NCBI GenBank assembly: GCA_040954595.2 | Contig: CM082597.2 | Coordinates: forward strand, 2,416,449-2,480,448 | From: Balanoglossus misakiensis | Taxonomy: Eukaryota > Animalia > Hemichordata | Length of the DNA stretch: 64,000 bases | Direction: 5' to 3' | Part shown: positions 50,801-64,000 of the stretch, in pieces | Position numbering within the stretch: the first letter of the stretch is position 1 | Layout of the letters: every line of letters starts with the position of its first letter | The notes under the pieces: generated by a model | Seen by the model: only the letters and a program-made list of their open reading frames with translations | What the model was told of the DNA's origin: nothing | The model's database searches: none | Translations under genes and position numbers: made by a program

Positions 50801-52946
50801 TTTCACCGTTTGCTTTTCTGTCATGGCAATAAAATGGCGCTTACTTCAACGTAATGTACAATAACATGGCAGACAGTGATCCTTTCTGGGTTTGTTATGA
50901 TGTAGTATAGTTATAATCCATTTTATGTATAATTTGGCTGGTTTCCTTTAATTTATTGGGCCCAAGTAATTGCTGGTCATATGTGAATGTACTCCTATAA
51001 TTTGTCTGGCCATGCAAGATCTCAGATCTAGAGTGTCTCACGGAGTTCAGTTTAGTATACATTGTACATAGTATATTCTGAGCGAGGTAACTTGTGATCC
51101 TAGCCACCCTGTACCGATATACCTCAAGGCAGGAAGTCTTTCAATGGCAGATTTGCTTTTACAGAAATGAATTACTGTATGAATACAGAGTGAGAAGGGA
51201 ACGCCGGCAGCTATCATAGCTGGAATCGTGCGTAGTCAGCGTGTACAGTCGTGTCACGTTGTCACGCATGCAGTTTGCAGGATTCCCCACTGTTGGAAAT
51301 TTAAGTGTGCAGTACATCTACAGATGAAAACTGAATGTACCCCCCGGTATAAGGTATGACAAAGGGATAGAAATTGATGGCGGACTCTGCATTTTGTGTC
51401 ATTTTTTTCACAATTTAAGACTATTTCATCCTGTTTAAAATCAAGATTGCGTGTAACGAACTGCCTATAAGGAGTGCAGCATTAGCTTGATTGTTAAATA
51501 ACGATTTGTGATCAACCTCAATCATCAGATTCTCTTTCCAGCAAATTGAATGCATACTGAAAGCACTATAAATGACAACACAACTATTTGAGGTAATGAG
51601 ATTTTCAAACATCAGTTGCAAAGTACGTCATTATTTAGTAACTGAATATCGACAGGAAGTGCTAAACTACCGAACGGTGACTTGCTGCAGTGTCGACGTT
51701 TTAAAGAAGTTTGAGTATTTGGTTGTTCAAAAGGCGTTACGAATGCATATTTTTAGGGGGGGACAAAGCTAGCATTGCCAGCACAGTTGACGCTTTGAGA
51801 TTCAAGATAGAGATTGATCTTGGCGATACAATTAACATCATGAAATCCAATTTGAGTAATGTAGGTGTTTCGTGCTGTACCTGTAAATAATACAGTAGAC
51901 AGGATAACGTGATTACAGGTCGTGGGTGAGGAAGACCTATTCCGGACGCAACTACATGCCCCAGCATATGTTACTTAAAATATACATTGAAGATTCGAAT
52001 TAAGGTTGACAACCGTGAGCTTGGAAAAACGGTTGTACAATTAAATGTCAAATGAGGAACACACTCAAAGATGTACACAGAAATTTTGTGCTCACATTCG
52101 GAAGCTTGCCCAATCACTTTGTACACCCACATCAAGAGACATACATCTCGGAAAGGTTACAAGTTTTCCCAATTGGCAAACACATCAACAGTTTAAGCCT
52201 TGCTTGGAAAAAATACCTGATTAAGAACACTAGATTTGCTTTCATAACACTGGGAATTAACCTTTTCCTGTAAGCACACTGATGTACAAAACAGTGAAGA
52301 AATCGGATTAAGATGAAAGCCATTTGTGTTATCTTGGTAGGAAGTTCGGTTTTCAATTCAACCCTAATGTCTCAAGTGGCATTTGGTGATTTAAACAACA
52401 ATAATTCAAGCAGCGTTTTCTGCTATTGCACTTTTACATGCCAGTCTGCTGAACTGGCTGACCGACTGTTCTAATGAACTTTACTGAAAGGGTTACTATT
52501 CTTTTTATAGACACAAGCTAGCTGATGCATTCACATTGACTAGCTTATTATGATGCCTTTAATCTTAAGGTTATATAGGTTTAGATATCTTGTCGATAAG
52601 TAGCTAAAGTTCTTACGCTTTGTATGAAAATAAAAGAAATCTGTCCCGATGCTTGGCTTCCCACTTAGTGGCTTAAAAAGAACCTATTGAGGACACTTAG
52701 CCGCAACATTCGACGCATAAAAATCCACAACGAACTCATGCAATGGCAATAAGTTAAAAATTTGCTAGGATGTGTCAACCATGTCACAGGTCGATGTTAG
52801 ATCGATTTGGAATAGAGTCAAACACTTGTGCCTACTTCAAAGTCCTCTAAAGCAAATGATTTCACGAGTATATGTCTGGTGTTGACAGCCAAGAGGAGGG
52901 ATTGGCTAATCGATTGATTCCAACACATGCGCAGTCGCAGGGTGCA

Positions 52947-53104
52947 TTTATATATCGCCGTCGTGTAACTTCCACCTCAGATAGCACGCCGACTAAATCC
53001 GCAAACATCGAATACGCCTTGGTTATGTCATTTCTACTCATTATTCTGCCAGTTACATGTTTACCATCTGTTAATTCTGTGTAACAGTCGCTTTCAGATT
53101 CAAG
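52947..53104 (+). promoter_or_regulatory. Candidate TATA box and non-coding first exon of GPCR paralog 2
   Basis: tttatatat at 52947, donor caag|GTATGT at 53104, and a strong acceptor ctcttttttctacag at 53949 just upstream of the ATG. Confidence 0.5.
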
Positions 53105-54002
53105 GTATGTTATTTTTCTCTGGTGAATTGTCTGTCTTTCTTCTTCACATCAAATGTTTAAAACTATTCAGTGCAGAGATTGTACCTACTGAGTTATAAT
53201 CGCGATTGCAAGGTAACAGAATACTTTGAGAGTTTAAATTATCTAGAAATTGGAATTGATGAATCATCTTAAGGTATTAGAAAAAAGTCTACATCAACAT
53301 ACACAGTGAAGTCAACGTCTTTTGCCGTGTTAATTTTCAAGTGTAAGCTGTTAAACAAAATAGTACTGCCAGGATCGGTTTCATGTCATTTACTATTCAG
53401 CCTTTTGCACAGAGGTAGTAATACCTGCATATTCTATGAATTTGTAAGCTTCAGTGGGCACAGAACTATTATCATTGTATTTGAATATTTAATGCTTTTG
53501 TTTAAGAGTTTAATCCTGGTATAAAACTGTGATTTTATTTTTTACCTTTTCATGTACTCAAGTCATAAAGTCTTTCGGCTATGCCTCTTCATTTTGCGGC
53601 CATTGTGTTCAGCCCTACCAAAGTCTTTGTGTATTTTTAGTATTGGAAAAATACAATGCTGGATTACAGAAAAGATTCACTGCGTCGTGATATTGTACTT
53701 GATGTTCGATATACTAGTACATCAAAATCTTTTGAATTAATAATCATTGGTTGTACGTTTTTCAAGATGCATGTACATGTTTTGAATGCATGAGTTCACT
53801 TTCATTCATAGGATACCAATATGGGTTGGTTGATTGATTGATTAGTGGCTGAATGATTGATTGATTAATTACATATATAGGTTTTGATTGAGCTTTTCTG
53901 GGATTTGTTATCCAATGTTTTTCTCATTGTTCCTCTCTTTTTTCTACAGCACAGTCAAGGTCTTCATCTTAAGATTCTACGTATGACAGGACTGCTGAGA
54001 AG

Positions 54003-55151
54003 ATGGTCAGCCCATTGACCAATCTCAGTGAAATTCCCAGTGGATATACTGTAGAGTATGTGCCCAAATCACTCATATACACCTTGTATGGAATCTGCAT
54101 ATTCATGATAGTCACTGGGAATCTGATGGTGATAGTGGCTGTGTTCTTGGAGCCCAAGCTGCGCCAGTCCCCGACAAACCTCCTCATCGTCTCCTTGGCT
54201 GTTTCGGACCTTCTGGTGGGTTCCTACTACATCCCATCGGTCATCATGTGGGACGAAGCCACGCACTTGATGTCCAACATCGTCATCTGCAGTATCGACG
54301 GCTTCGTGGTGCTGACCAGCACGGGCGCGAGTGTTTTCACCTTGATTGCGATTGCCGTGGACCGTTTCAGAGCGATAGTGACTCCGTTGAAGCCCAAGCT
54401 GACCTGTTTCCAGGCAGGAATACTCGTGGCTATTGCCTGGGGATGCGCAATGGCTTACGCGCTGTATCTACCAATCATATTCGCATACCAAACTGAAGTA
54501 TTTGCGGTGGGCAATGAAACAGTTTCTGTGTCGTACTGTTTCCTGAAACCTAACTATGTGAAGAACTTCAAATATTTCAGGACACTTGACTGCATTGTCT
54601 TGTTTTTTATTCCATTTGTCATCCTCGTGTGTCTATACGCCCCTATGGTCTACAAACTCTGGTTCGATAAGCAACCAGTTAGTACCACTGGAAACAAGAA
54701 GAAGCGGGCGGTCAAAATGCTGTCGATGGTCGTCATCATCTTCTTCATGATGTGGTTGCCTTATTATTCTCTGTATATGTACGCAAACTACGGCGACATC
54801 AACAACACTAAGATTAACCTCCGGGCTTACGCTCTGGTTGCCCTGTGTCTGAACTTCTCGAACAGTTGGATCAACCCCGTCATCTACTGCTGCTTCAACG
54901 ATAACTTCCGTAACGCCTACAAGAACGCGCTCCTCTGCCGGATGTGCGCGAAGTCCAGTCGCGTATTCCCAACGCCTTCAATTCACGAGTCAGAGATCTC
55001 GAACAATCAGAGACGCGGCGATCAACCCGCTCAGCCAACAAGGAACACCCTCATGACAACGGTTAACACAGCATCAACGAACACGTTCATGTTCCCGTCA
55101 GTCTCACAAGTGCCACCTGCGTTTGTAATGCAAGGGCCACAGAAAAGTTAG
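54003..55151 (+). CDS. Rhodopsin-class neuropeptide GPCR, NPFF/SIFamide-receptor-like, paralog 2
   Basis: GN, SLAVSD, SVFTLIAIAVDRFRAIVTPLKPK, KKRAVKML, WLP, NSWINPVIYCCFNDNFR. Closely similar to paralog 1. Confidence 0.95.
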   Translation: MVSPLTNLSEIPSGYTVEYVPKSLIYTLYGICIFMIVTGNLMVIVAVFLEPKLRQSPTNLLIVSLAVSDLLVGSYYIPSVIMWDEATHLMSNIVICSIDGFVVLTSTGASVFTLIAIAVDRFRAIVTPLKPKLTCFQAGILVAIAWGCAMAYALYLPIIFAYQTEVFAVGNETVSVSYCFLKPNYVKNFKYFRTLDCIVLFFIPFVILVCLYAPMVYKLWFDKQPVSTTGNKKKRAVKMLSMVVIIFFMMWLPYYSLYMYANYGDINNTKINLRAYALVALCLNFSNSWINPVIYCCFNDNFRNAYKNALLCRMCAKSSRVFPTPSIHESEISNNQRRGDQPAQPTRNTLMTTVNTASTNTFMFPSVSQVPPAFVMQGPQKS

Positions 55152-58100
55152 CCACTTCATAGGAAAATAAATATCCTGAACTGTGAGATTTTGGCATAGT
55201 TTTCACCAAGTGAAATTACTGATTACGTGTAGTAAATTTACAAAGTGGCAGCTGAACGTTAACATGAGGAACAAAAGATTTTAAGACTACCATTTACAAC
55301 TATCCTAAGCTTTCTTACCTAAAATTTATAATTACTTCTTACTGAAAATGGCAGCTGAGTGTTTGCATTTATCAAAATTGTTCTTTTCCACCTATAAGAA
55401 TATCTTACCACCTACAGAATATTATATTGGAAGCGAAATATCTGCTTACAAAGCTTGAATGTGTAACGAAACATCCCACTAACAGATTATTATTAAGATG
55501 TTACAAGATACTGTGTACTTCCTTTCCTTCCTTCAAACCAAGCCATTGGTTTATGTTATCGACAGTGCTGTTTTCAGTGTAGTTTTTGTGCATTTAATTA
55601 TCAATATACCGGTATAACATACAATGTACCTATTTATCGACTGTTCGTAATAAATGAACGCTATACCTGTTTTGTTGATTCACGATCAGATGGCTCAATA
55701 AAATAGATGAGACTTCTTATAGCTCTCAACACCTGAAGTGCGCCATTGACGTTCATCTTTGGGATGTTTACTAGCCTGAATGAGTTTACGTCGCTTCGCT
55801 ATTCTGACAAGAGCTTTCAGTTCTCATATATCATCTCAGGCAACTATTCAGATGGCTTAAAGCAATTCTAATTATCACACTGCAAAGTACTTAATGGACC
55901 TGTCATGACAACTACGTCATTTTGACGAGACGTCAACAGTTTAGACATCACGTATTCCCTAGCGCCTTTCTAGTTGACATATTCGGCACGAGATAAGCAT
56001 TAAAAATTGTTGCGATATTTTTCGGGCGTGAAAGTCGGTCTTTGCAGTGGAAAACCTTGATGTGATGAGAGATAATCAAGGAAACAAAATGTTAGAGGTA
56101 CACTCAAACAGACGTCTGGAGCAAATATGAGACTATTCAATAACGATATCATTTCCTCCAATCCAGAGTTTTATACAAGCAAAAATGTTCGACAAAAATG
56201 CCTCAGAGTAAATGGCTTTGATACACAAAATGTGCATTAAAAGGTTGAATGCGTATCCGGTTTGCTTCGGGTCACACAGCTATCAGTTTGATCCAGTACA
56301 GAGTCACAGAAATAATCCTGTACGAACAACAATGTGAAACTAATTTTGCCAGAGTGAATCTGCAGGCAAGCCCCAAACAAAAGATTAATTACAGTCGAGC
56401 AGGTTGGGGGAATCGATTAGTTTGATAACCTACTCCATGATGGGTGAATTCCCAACTGTCTGCATTCCTGACCGTCTGCTTGGCCACCTTAACAAGAACA
56501 GCAATCATCAATATTCAAGATGTACCATCTTGGAAGGAAGTTTGCAATCAGGTGTTCTTGATGTAACATGGCCCATTGCATTGTTTTTGCAGTCTCCCAG
56601 GATTTCAGAACACAAGACCTGAAATGGCACATCTAATACTATTCTAGAATACAGCAAAACTGATCTGTCTTTATATCAAGACTGCTTCCTATTTTTGACT
56701 CAGAGACTTATATCTCAACGCAGAAACAGACAAATAGTGGGTGTTCCGTTTGGAGCAGGGTGATGAGGCGTTAGGATGAAAACAGACAACACAATTTCAA
56801 CAGAAGAATATGAGATATTGATTATATTGACCCCTGCCCAAAATCACATCAGCTATATGCATATTGAACTTCATGTGTGCTTTATGAGTTCTGCATTATA
56901 TTGACCATGCAATTTATGTGCCTTGTTTGTGGTTATTCATATCGGTGCGTTCATTATACGGCGACTTTGTCGGCTCGACATCAGTCGACTGCGAGGACAA
57001 CGGAGAGAAAGCCGCAGTGTCGAAAATTGTTATCGGTAGCTCGCAGTCACACTCTCCATTAGACGTTCCTATTCCCCGGTCACTTTTTACGGCTAATCTG
57101 ACACGCACGTCTCATTACCTGATATCCCCTTATTTCAATTAGACCCTTGCTCATTGTCAGGTTTATTGAATGACGGTGAATTGGAGGCGACATCGGGTCC
57201 TGAACAAACACTGCTGTTGGTTGTTGCCGTGTATTGGTGGAGGAGGGCGCTAGGAATGAGTATTCTCGGAAATTGTAAGAAAAGGACAAAAAGCGAAATG
57301 AAAGAACTCACATCAAAAGATTGTGTCCTTATCACAAGTGGTGGCCTTGCAGCAACTTGCACAAACAGATTCCTTACTAATTATGATATTACTTGCCACA
57401 GACAATCCAGAACGCGTCTGTGTGATTTTACACAGAAAGAAAATACACATTTAAGTCTGTGTCGTTCATTATACGCAGCATGTCAATAACCCAAGGTCGC
57501 CAAAAAGTGCAGCACGCACGCTTGATTAAAAAAATTAAGACCCAGATATCTTCACCATCATTCAAGCACCCGTAAAGTAAGATAGAGGTAGGCGCCTATG
57601 TCAAGACACCAGAGAGCGTGGATGAAAGAGAGTGCCTCAGTAGACACCATTCTTCAGAATATAATTACAGTTATGACGTCAAGGCTATGTGTTCATAAGG
57701 ACTTGATTGTCTAGTAAAGTGTTATTAACTGGAGTTTACAGTAATGTTGAGATTATCCCATAAGGTTTGCTGTGATTTTTCGCAGATTAGGTTAACATGC
57801 ATAAAAGCATAAAGATGACTTGAGCAGGGTCTTTAAAGTACTGTTCACTTTTAGCTAAGATGATGTCTGCTTGAGTGGAGATCATTAACCAGATTTTAAC
57901 GACTGGATTTATGTCTACTCAAAGACAGAAACCTGACGCCATGATATCACTTTTCAACTGTGTAAGTGTATTTCTTTCTGAACTTGAGACCAATGGAAAA
58001 GTAAAGTTTGCTTGGGTCTTGTGAAACCCGCTGCTTAAGAGACTGTGTATTCTATTATACATCTTATCTTAAAAATCACAATTTTCTATGAAACGTAGCT

Positions 58101-61100
58101 TTCATTGCTGATCGATTTTACAATACCACACGAGCACAACACAACACAAGATAAATAAATGCCGTTTCAAATTTGTTAACGTCATTCTAAAGAGCCATGT
58201 AATGTGTGAAAAGGCAAACACACCTCGTAAAAATACTAGCATACCAGACGCCATTTTGTGCTAGCTTTTCAAAACATCTACATTTCAAAACACTGTGGCA
58301 CCAGGTAGCTTTTGCGGATGACATAAACACCTTGTTAACGGCCTACAAGTGTCTTGCAGCTGCTTCAAACTCAGAGGGAACCGCCGGAAGCGAGAATCGG
58401 CTTTCATCAAAGGGGTCCCAAGAGGCATCAGTCCGCAAAACCCTGTTATCTCAACTAATCACTTTCACTGGGTGAACTAAAGCAACCTGCCTTTTTTTTC
58501 CAAAACTTCGCCAGATTGAGCTGCCCAAACACAAGTTAGTGCCAGCCTCTTGAGCAAAATGGTCATTAGAAAAAAGTGTGGTACTCGGCGTTGGTGCTAA
58601 TTTTTCCAACAACAGGGAAATTTTAATCTAAACAATTTCATGGTTCGTAGCTCTGCCATCACAAGTACAATTAAATGCTTCAACGCAGACTAGATCGCAA
58701 AATACACAAAATACCACTAAATTTCTGCATGCTAAACTGGCAACGTGACATTGTGTTTAGAGAATGTCCATAGAGAGTTCCTTGATAAAAAATACAAACA
58801 AGTCGTTTATAGTCGTGCGTCTGACAGATTCGAAGACGAACGACAACACATTTCCCCAATGTCTGCTTTGTGCGCCCGCAGTGCTGCCATGATGGCGCCA
58901 CTTGTGAAAGACTACGAACAAGGAAAAGACACTGAATGAGCACACGTGAAAAGAGCATGAGAGTGACAGATCTAGAAATAGCCATCTCCACATCTGCGAG
59001 ATCACTCGTTAAAAGCTCCCTTTCACACTTATTTAAATACCACATTTCCCCAGGCTGTGTACTCGTACAGGACGTATACAAAAACTTTTCGTAGCTAAAG
59101 CTGGACAAAAATTGGTGGTTTCCATCTATGGTTACGTGAAGCACAACACCCAACAAAGGCGTAAATGTATCTCCAGTCCAGAAAAAACAACATGTTTGTC
59201 GAAGCTACACCTTGCCAAACAGTTTGAAAGCATGTTCCCTAGACTCTAGGTTTAAATTACTGGACGTCACTGGGGTTTACCGACTGAATGTGCCATCAAG
59301 AAGGATTCTGCCGCATAAAGGATTAGATATCTATATTGCTGAATAGGATGCAAATGGATATGACCACGAGATGAAGGAAACAATAATTGGAAATATACCA
59401 AAACAGAAAAAAAGATATTTTGTGTCATGATTTCGGCTTGCTTTCTCAAAGGGCAGTTGTTTCAGATTTCTGAATGCCTTAAAACCATCCATCAGTGTAT
59501 TGTCACGATTGTGCTGATCTTCCGGCTTTCAGAAATCGTGAGAAAAGCACATCAATTTTAAAAGCCTGGGGAATACACTCTGAAAATAAGATGACAGCGG
59601 ACGCCTTCCTTATAGAGTCTTGTTTTTAAATGCTGCCTAGGTTGTGCTTAGATGGATTATATGTCCATTCATCTTCAGTACCCATCTCATTTTTGGCGAC
59701 TTAGTAATTTCCGACATGTAGAAGTCGCTTTCACCTATCATGTTTGCTGTCGCATTTCCTGGGGGTATACTGCCGTATCTGATTTTAAAAAAAGGTGAAT
59801 GACCAAGTTCAATTTCAATTGGCAGCAATCATACCTCATCTGATACAGCAGCTAATGAAAAGCTAAATAAATAATATCCCTGCCAAAAGGGGTCTTGTTG
59901 ACATTAGCACGTTATTATCTACTCCTTTCACATGTAGAACCTATTTCCGCGTTCTGCCAAAATCCGAATACAGAATTAAGAGATGAAAGGCGATCCCGAT
60001 GTCCTTGAATTTGCAGCAGAAAAAGTAATTTCCGATTAAAAGCTTTCCATGATACGCGGTAACTCTATAATAGGGAAGCATCGGATTAGTGGAAACACGA
60101 GGTAAGAGCCTACATCTGCTATAAATACGCGCTGTTACGTGTGGACAGCAGTAAACAGGAACCAACTGACAATGCTTCTTGATCTTAAAGGTTATAGTAC
60201 TCGGGTAACAGCTTGTTTAGTCAGGGAACATTCTCAACAACCTTTACGGTCTCAAAGGTAAACCAAACTAAAAGGTGTGTACATGCCAAGTGTCACAGCT
60301 TGCCAGATGCAATCTCGATAAAGCCAACAACCGAACATCCGTGATCTGTTATTTAAATTTAGAAAGAAAGCTGATTTAGCCGGGTAGCTGCAAAAGAGGG
60401 CGCTTTGGTGAAATAGCATGACAGTGAAGAATGGACCAGTGTCCCTTTCCCGGAAAATCACGCCTGTCTAAGGTTATACCACTCATGAACCATCTATGTA
60501 TGTGAAATTGCTCTCATCTAGACTTCTCCACTGCTTGGTGGCGCTCGATTCAGTTGTCAGATTTTTTGCAATGACCAATGCTCCCCAACAATAAACCACA
60601 TAATATTCCTAGTCATCATTACCTTCCAACCACACTTCCATTTGTTTCGATATGATCAAAGCTTTGGAGTTCAAAACAAAGACCTTAGTCGCTCTTGTAC
60701 TAATCCTGAATTGAAAAGGGCATTCATGAAGACATGGTTTTGCCACAGATAACATTGAACAAAAGATTTATTGACAGATATCTCAGCTTAACTGTTCAAC
60801 TTGATTTTTTTATGACCAATATCACAAAACTTAATTAAAAAGAGAAAGTCATTTACTCAAATTCTTTGCAGCTCAACTACGAAAAATTTCCTGCATGCAT
60901 ATATCTCTCTGTGTGTATGCATGTACCGGGGATATGTATATATCCATTTTGTTTAGTTTGTCTAAAGCTTATCTAGACTGAATTATTATCTATCAGTACA
61001 TTTGATTATTGATATTTGTTTCGACCTTTCATGTTCTGTATCCAAGGAACATGATGATGGAGTACTAAAAATTTGCAGTTCGCCTCTTTTAATTAAAATA

Positions 61101-63042
61101 TCTTGTTAAATTAGTATACCAGATGTTGCAAACCTTCACGGTGACATTTTAATTAAGAAAACCATGTATATAAGAACACACACATGTTTTGTGAGCACAC
61201 TTAAACTTCTATTCTTGATCCGGATAAAACTGAAGTCAGGTAAGGGGCTGCCTTTTTATTTTTGAAATGCTTCTGTATCACGTTTTCATGACATTATGGC
61301 GTCTCTCGAACAAATTGTTCATACCTAGAGGAATGCTTAGAAAATATGTTGCATTATATAGAAAATCTATAGCATGGGAAGCACAGTTACAATGTGTTTT
61401 TATAGTTTAGGAAAAATCCAAAATTTGTTTTATATTCCCACTCAGCACAGCTGACTGTGTTTATTTCACAGCGTCGGACATTTTTCTGCGAGGAAGTAAC
61501 TAAACACCAAAGAAGATGAAATTCAGTTTACTGTTCTTGACAACTATCTGTCTTACGCTGTGTGTTGTGTCCGTTATGTCAGATGAAGAAGATTTTCCTG
61601 GTGGAGTAAGTATACTACACATGCATTGTATTATATTTTCTGGGTATAACTAACTGCAAGAGATCATTTGCTTTCATGCTTGTTAAATGATTCCATCCAT
61701 TGCTATCAAATGATGTCAGACGCAGTTACATGGGTACAAATTTCAACGTTTACTTTTACAATCTCGGACAAAATTTTACTGGATGTTGCCATTTTGTTTG
61801 CCTGTCACCTGTAAATGACAATGCTGTGAGTCACATGCCCAGCTGCTAAATGACAAACCTTCATCACAATTTAGGGTTTACATCTCTTTCCTACAGTGCC
61901 TAATCAATCCAGCTTTAGCCGCCTACTGTGGAAAACGAGAAACCGCAAATGATGGACAAGAAGCCGTGGCAGATGCTGATGGTGGAAACCAAAATGCATG
62001 AAGTTCCCGAAATTGCAACTCGGGTTCTGTAGTTTGGGAAAGTTTAATGGTATGGACGTTGTCGCTCTTCAAGATCACGATAATATCAACTTGGATTGGG
62101 CTGTTTCCTATCCACTCTTATCCATTTATTCTCAGTACATATAAACGTGCTTCCCCGCTTTATTCATATCAGACTTTAATAAAGTTATATTGATCGCCAA
62201 TTGAAAGGTTGGCAACGTAACGATGTACTGATTGTGATTTCCTGGACAACCAACTGACAATTTCTGAGCCTGTACGATAAGAGACAAGATTAAAAACCAA
62301 GGGAACCGCACCTGGAAGAGGTATTTCATATTTACGGCAGGATAGTCACGTTCCCAGATAACTATTCAGATAATCATTATTCTCATTTTCTTGTCAAATT
62401 ATGTAACATTGTGGTAATAGCTTTTAAGTTCTTTAGACAGACTGACTGACTATCAGGGAAACTGATGTGATAAAATGTGGAATGTAAAAAGGCACTTGCT
62501 TTCAGAATCTATGTTCTCTGTATTATTCAGCGGAGTGTTCTTAATTATATTTCCAGTATTTGGCAAACAGTCTGTATTGGGTGTGTGGTATTTTGTGGTT
62601 TAATTAGTGAATACTCAATGTGTGGTTTACATATGACAATGTTATGCTGTCAACCAAACACAGAGTGCTGATAAAAAGGACTTAGATAGTATGGAAATAA
62701 TTTATATTCCCATGCGAATGTTGCTAAACAGTATACAAAGTTAAGGCTTGATATTTATATCTCAGTTTACAAGCAATGTCTTCGATATAAAGAAATTATT
62801 ACCCTCCAAGGAGTTGTGTTTATTGACATACAGGGGAATTGACATTTTTATCATACTCAAGTGAAAAACAATATATATCAAAAATGAATGAGTTGTTGTT
62901 GTTTTATTACTCATGTTGGAAAGAAACACAATTATTATCATGATTCATTTATGCAGAGATAAACATCGCAAGAAGACAAGTTGTACCCGATCGATTGTCA
63001 CTATTTGTTACCCAGCTAATATGTCTTGATATTTTGTTGCGA

Positions 63043-64000
63043 TCACGTATCGACAGCCTCATCTTTTGGTATGACAACATTGGGTAGTGCATGAGACACT
63101 TGCAGGGGCTGGGAACCTTTCATAGAAGCAGTGTTAGCAGTCGTCAAGAGAGTGTTCCTTGTAGGTCGCGAAGTCTGCCCTTCGTTTCTCGTTGCGTTTG
63201 TCATCTCTGATTCATGAAAGGTAGTCGGGTATATTCGGTGTGAGCTTGTCCACAGTCGGCAGAGGAGGGCATTCTTGTAGGCTTTGCGAAAGTTATCGTT
63301 GAAGCAGCCATAGATGATCGGATTGATCCAGCTGTTCGAGAAGTTCAGACACTGGTTTACTAACGCCCAAGCCCGGATGTTGAGTGTGCTGTTAAAGATA
63401 TCCCCGTAATTGGCATATAGGTATAAAGCGTAGTATGGCAACCACATGGTGAAGAAAATGACCATGACCATTGACAGCATCTTAACAGCTCGTTTCTTCT
63501 TTCTGCCAGTACTGCTCACAGGCTGTTTGTCAAACCAAAGCTTGTAAATCATCGGGGCGTACAAGCACAGAAGAATAACAAGTGGAACGATAAATAACAT
63601 AATACAATCAGCTAAACGAAAATATTTCCACTTGGGTATGTACTGAAGTTTTATGAAGCAATACGATTGAGAAAACGTCTGGTTTCCAATGGTGATGACG
63701 TCAGTATGCCATTCGAAGATGACTGGCAAATACAGAGCGTAACACATAGCACACACCCAGGCGATCGCTATCATTATGCCGGCTTGTCCACGCGTTATTT
63801 TCGGCTTGAAAGGAGTTACTATGGCCCTGAAACGGTCCACGGCGATGGCAATTAGTGTGAACACACTTGCGCCGGTGCTGGTCAACCCCAGAAAGCCATC
63901 AATGTTGCAGATTACAGCGTTCGCCATCAAGTGCGTTGCTTCGTCCCACATGATAACGGCTGGGATGTAGTAACAGCCCACCAGAAGGTCCGACACAGCC
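63043..64000 (-). CDS. Rhodopsin-class neuropeptide GPCR, paralog 3 (5'-truncated by the window edge; TM2 to C-terminus present)
   Basis: (AV)SDLLVGCYYIP, DRFRAIVTPFKPK, WLP, NSWINPIIYGCFNDNFR. Same C-tail motifs as paralogs 1 and 2. Confidence 0.93.
   Translation of the reverse strand, partial: AVSDLLVGCYYIPAVIMWDEATHLMANAVICNIDGFLGLTSTGASVFTLIAIAVDRFRAIVTPFKPKITRGQAGIMIAIAWVCAMCYALYLPVIFEWHTDVITIGNQTFSQSYCFIKLQYIPKWKYFRLADCIMLFIVPLVILLCLYAPMIYKLWFDKQPVSSTGRKKKRAVKMLSMVMVIFFTMWLPYYALYLYANYGDIFNSTLNIRAWALVNQCLNFSNSWINPIIYGCFNDNFRKAYKNALLCRLWTSSHRIYPTTFHESEMTNATRNEGQTSRPTRNTLLTTANTASMKGSQPLQVSHALPNVVIPKDEAVDT

Noticed and set aside
56877-59156. Cluster of short ORFs, including a frame with RRKR near 58380
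   Set aside because: No signal-peptide exon, consistent splice chain or homology could be assembled.
62132-62329. 65-aa ORF with a hydrophobic, signal-like N-terminus
   Set aside because: No dibasic or amidation sites, TATA box or splice support. It may fall in the 3' UTR of GPCR paralog 3.

Overview
AT-rich eukaryotic (animal, probably marine invertebrate) genomic DNA with GT-AG introns. From left to right: two adjoining, related satellite arrays (88-bp then 86-bp units, 1-2110); a candidate small 3-exon gene on the minus strand; a (GATA)n microsatellite; a 3-exon galactose-3-O-sulfotransferase-like gene; a glycine N-acyltransferase-like GNAT gene; an intronless TRIM-NHL gene; an SLC35G/EamA transporter; and three paralogous rhodopsin-class neuropeptide-type (NPFF/SIFamide-receptor-like) GPCRs with uninterrupted coding exons, the first two separated by about 30 kb of non-coding DNA. 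The main result is three small spliced secreted-peptide precursor genes on the minus strand, which I assembled by hand. Two of them are absent from the ORF track and one appears only in part. Two are tandem paralogs with identical exon architecture and a shared 4-Cys C-terminal module (C-x8-CDRC-xxPRVC) but different amidated peptides (ELPFVamide/EFPFVamide x3 versus SWLDSDamide + EAWSKamide). The third encodes a single predicted disulfide-cyclised amidated peptide, EERPSYWNRPGGCLIHPGLAVC-NH2. Their linkage to a cluster of peptide-receptor paralogs suggests a possible linked ligand-receptor system. That pairing, and the novelty of the peptides, are inferences that need database searches and receptor assays.
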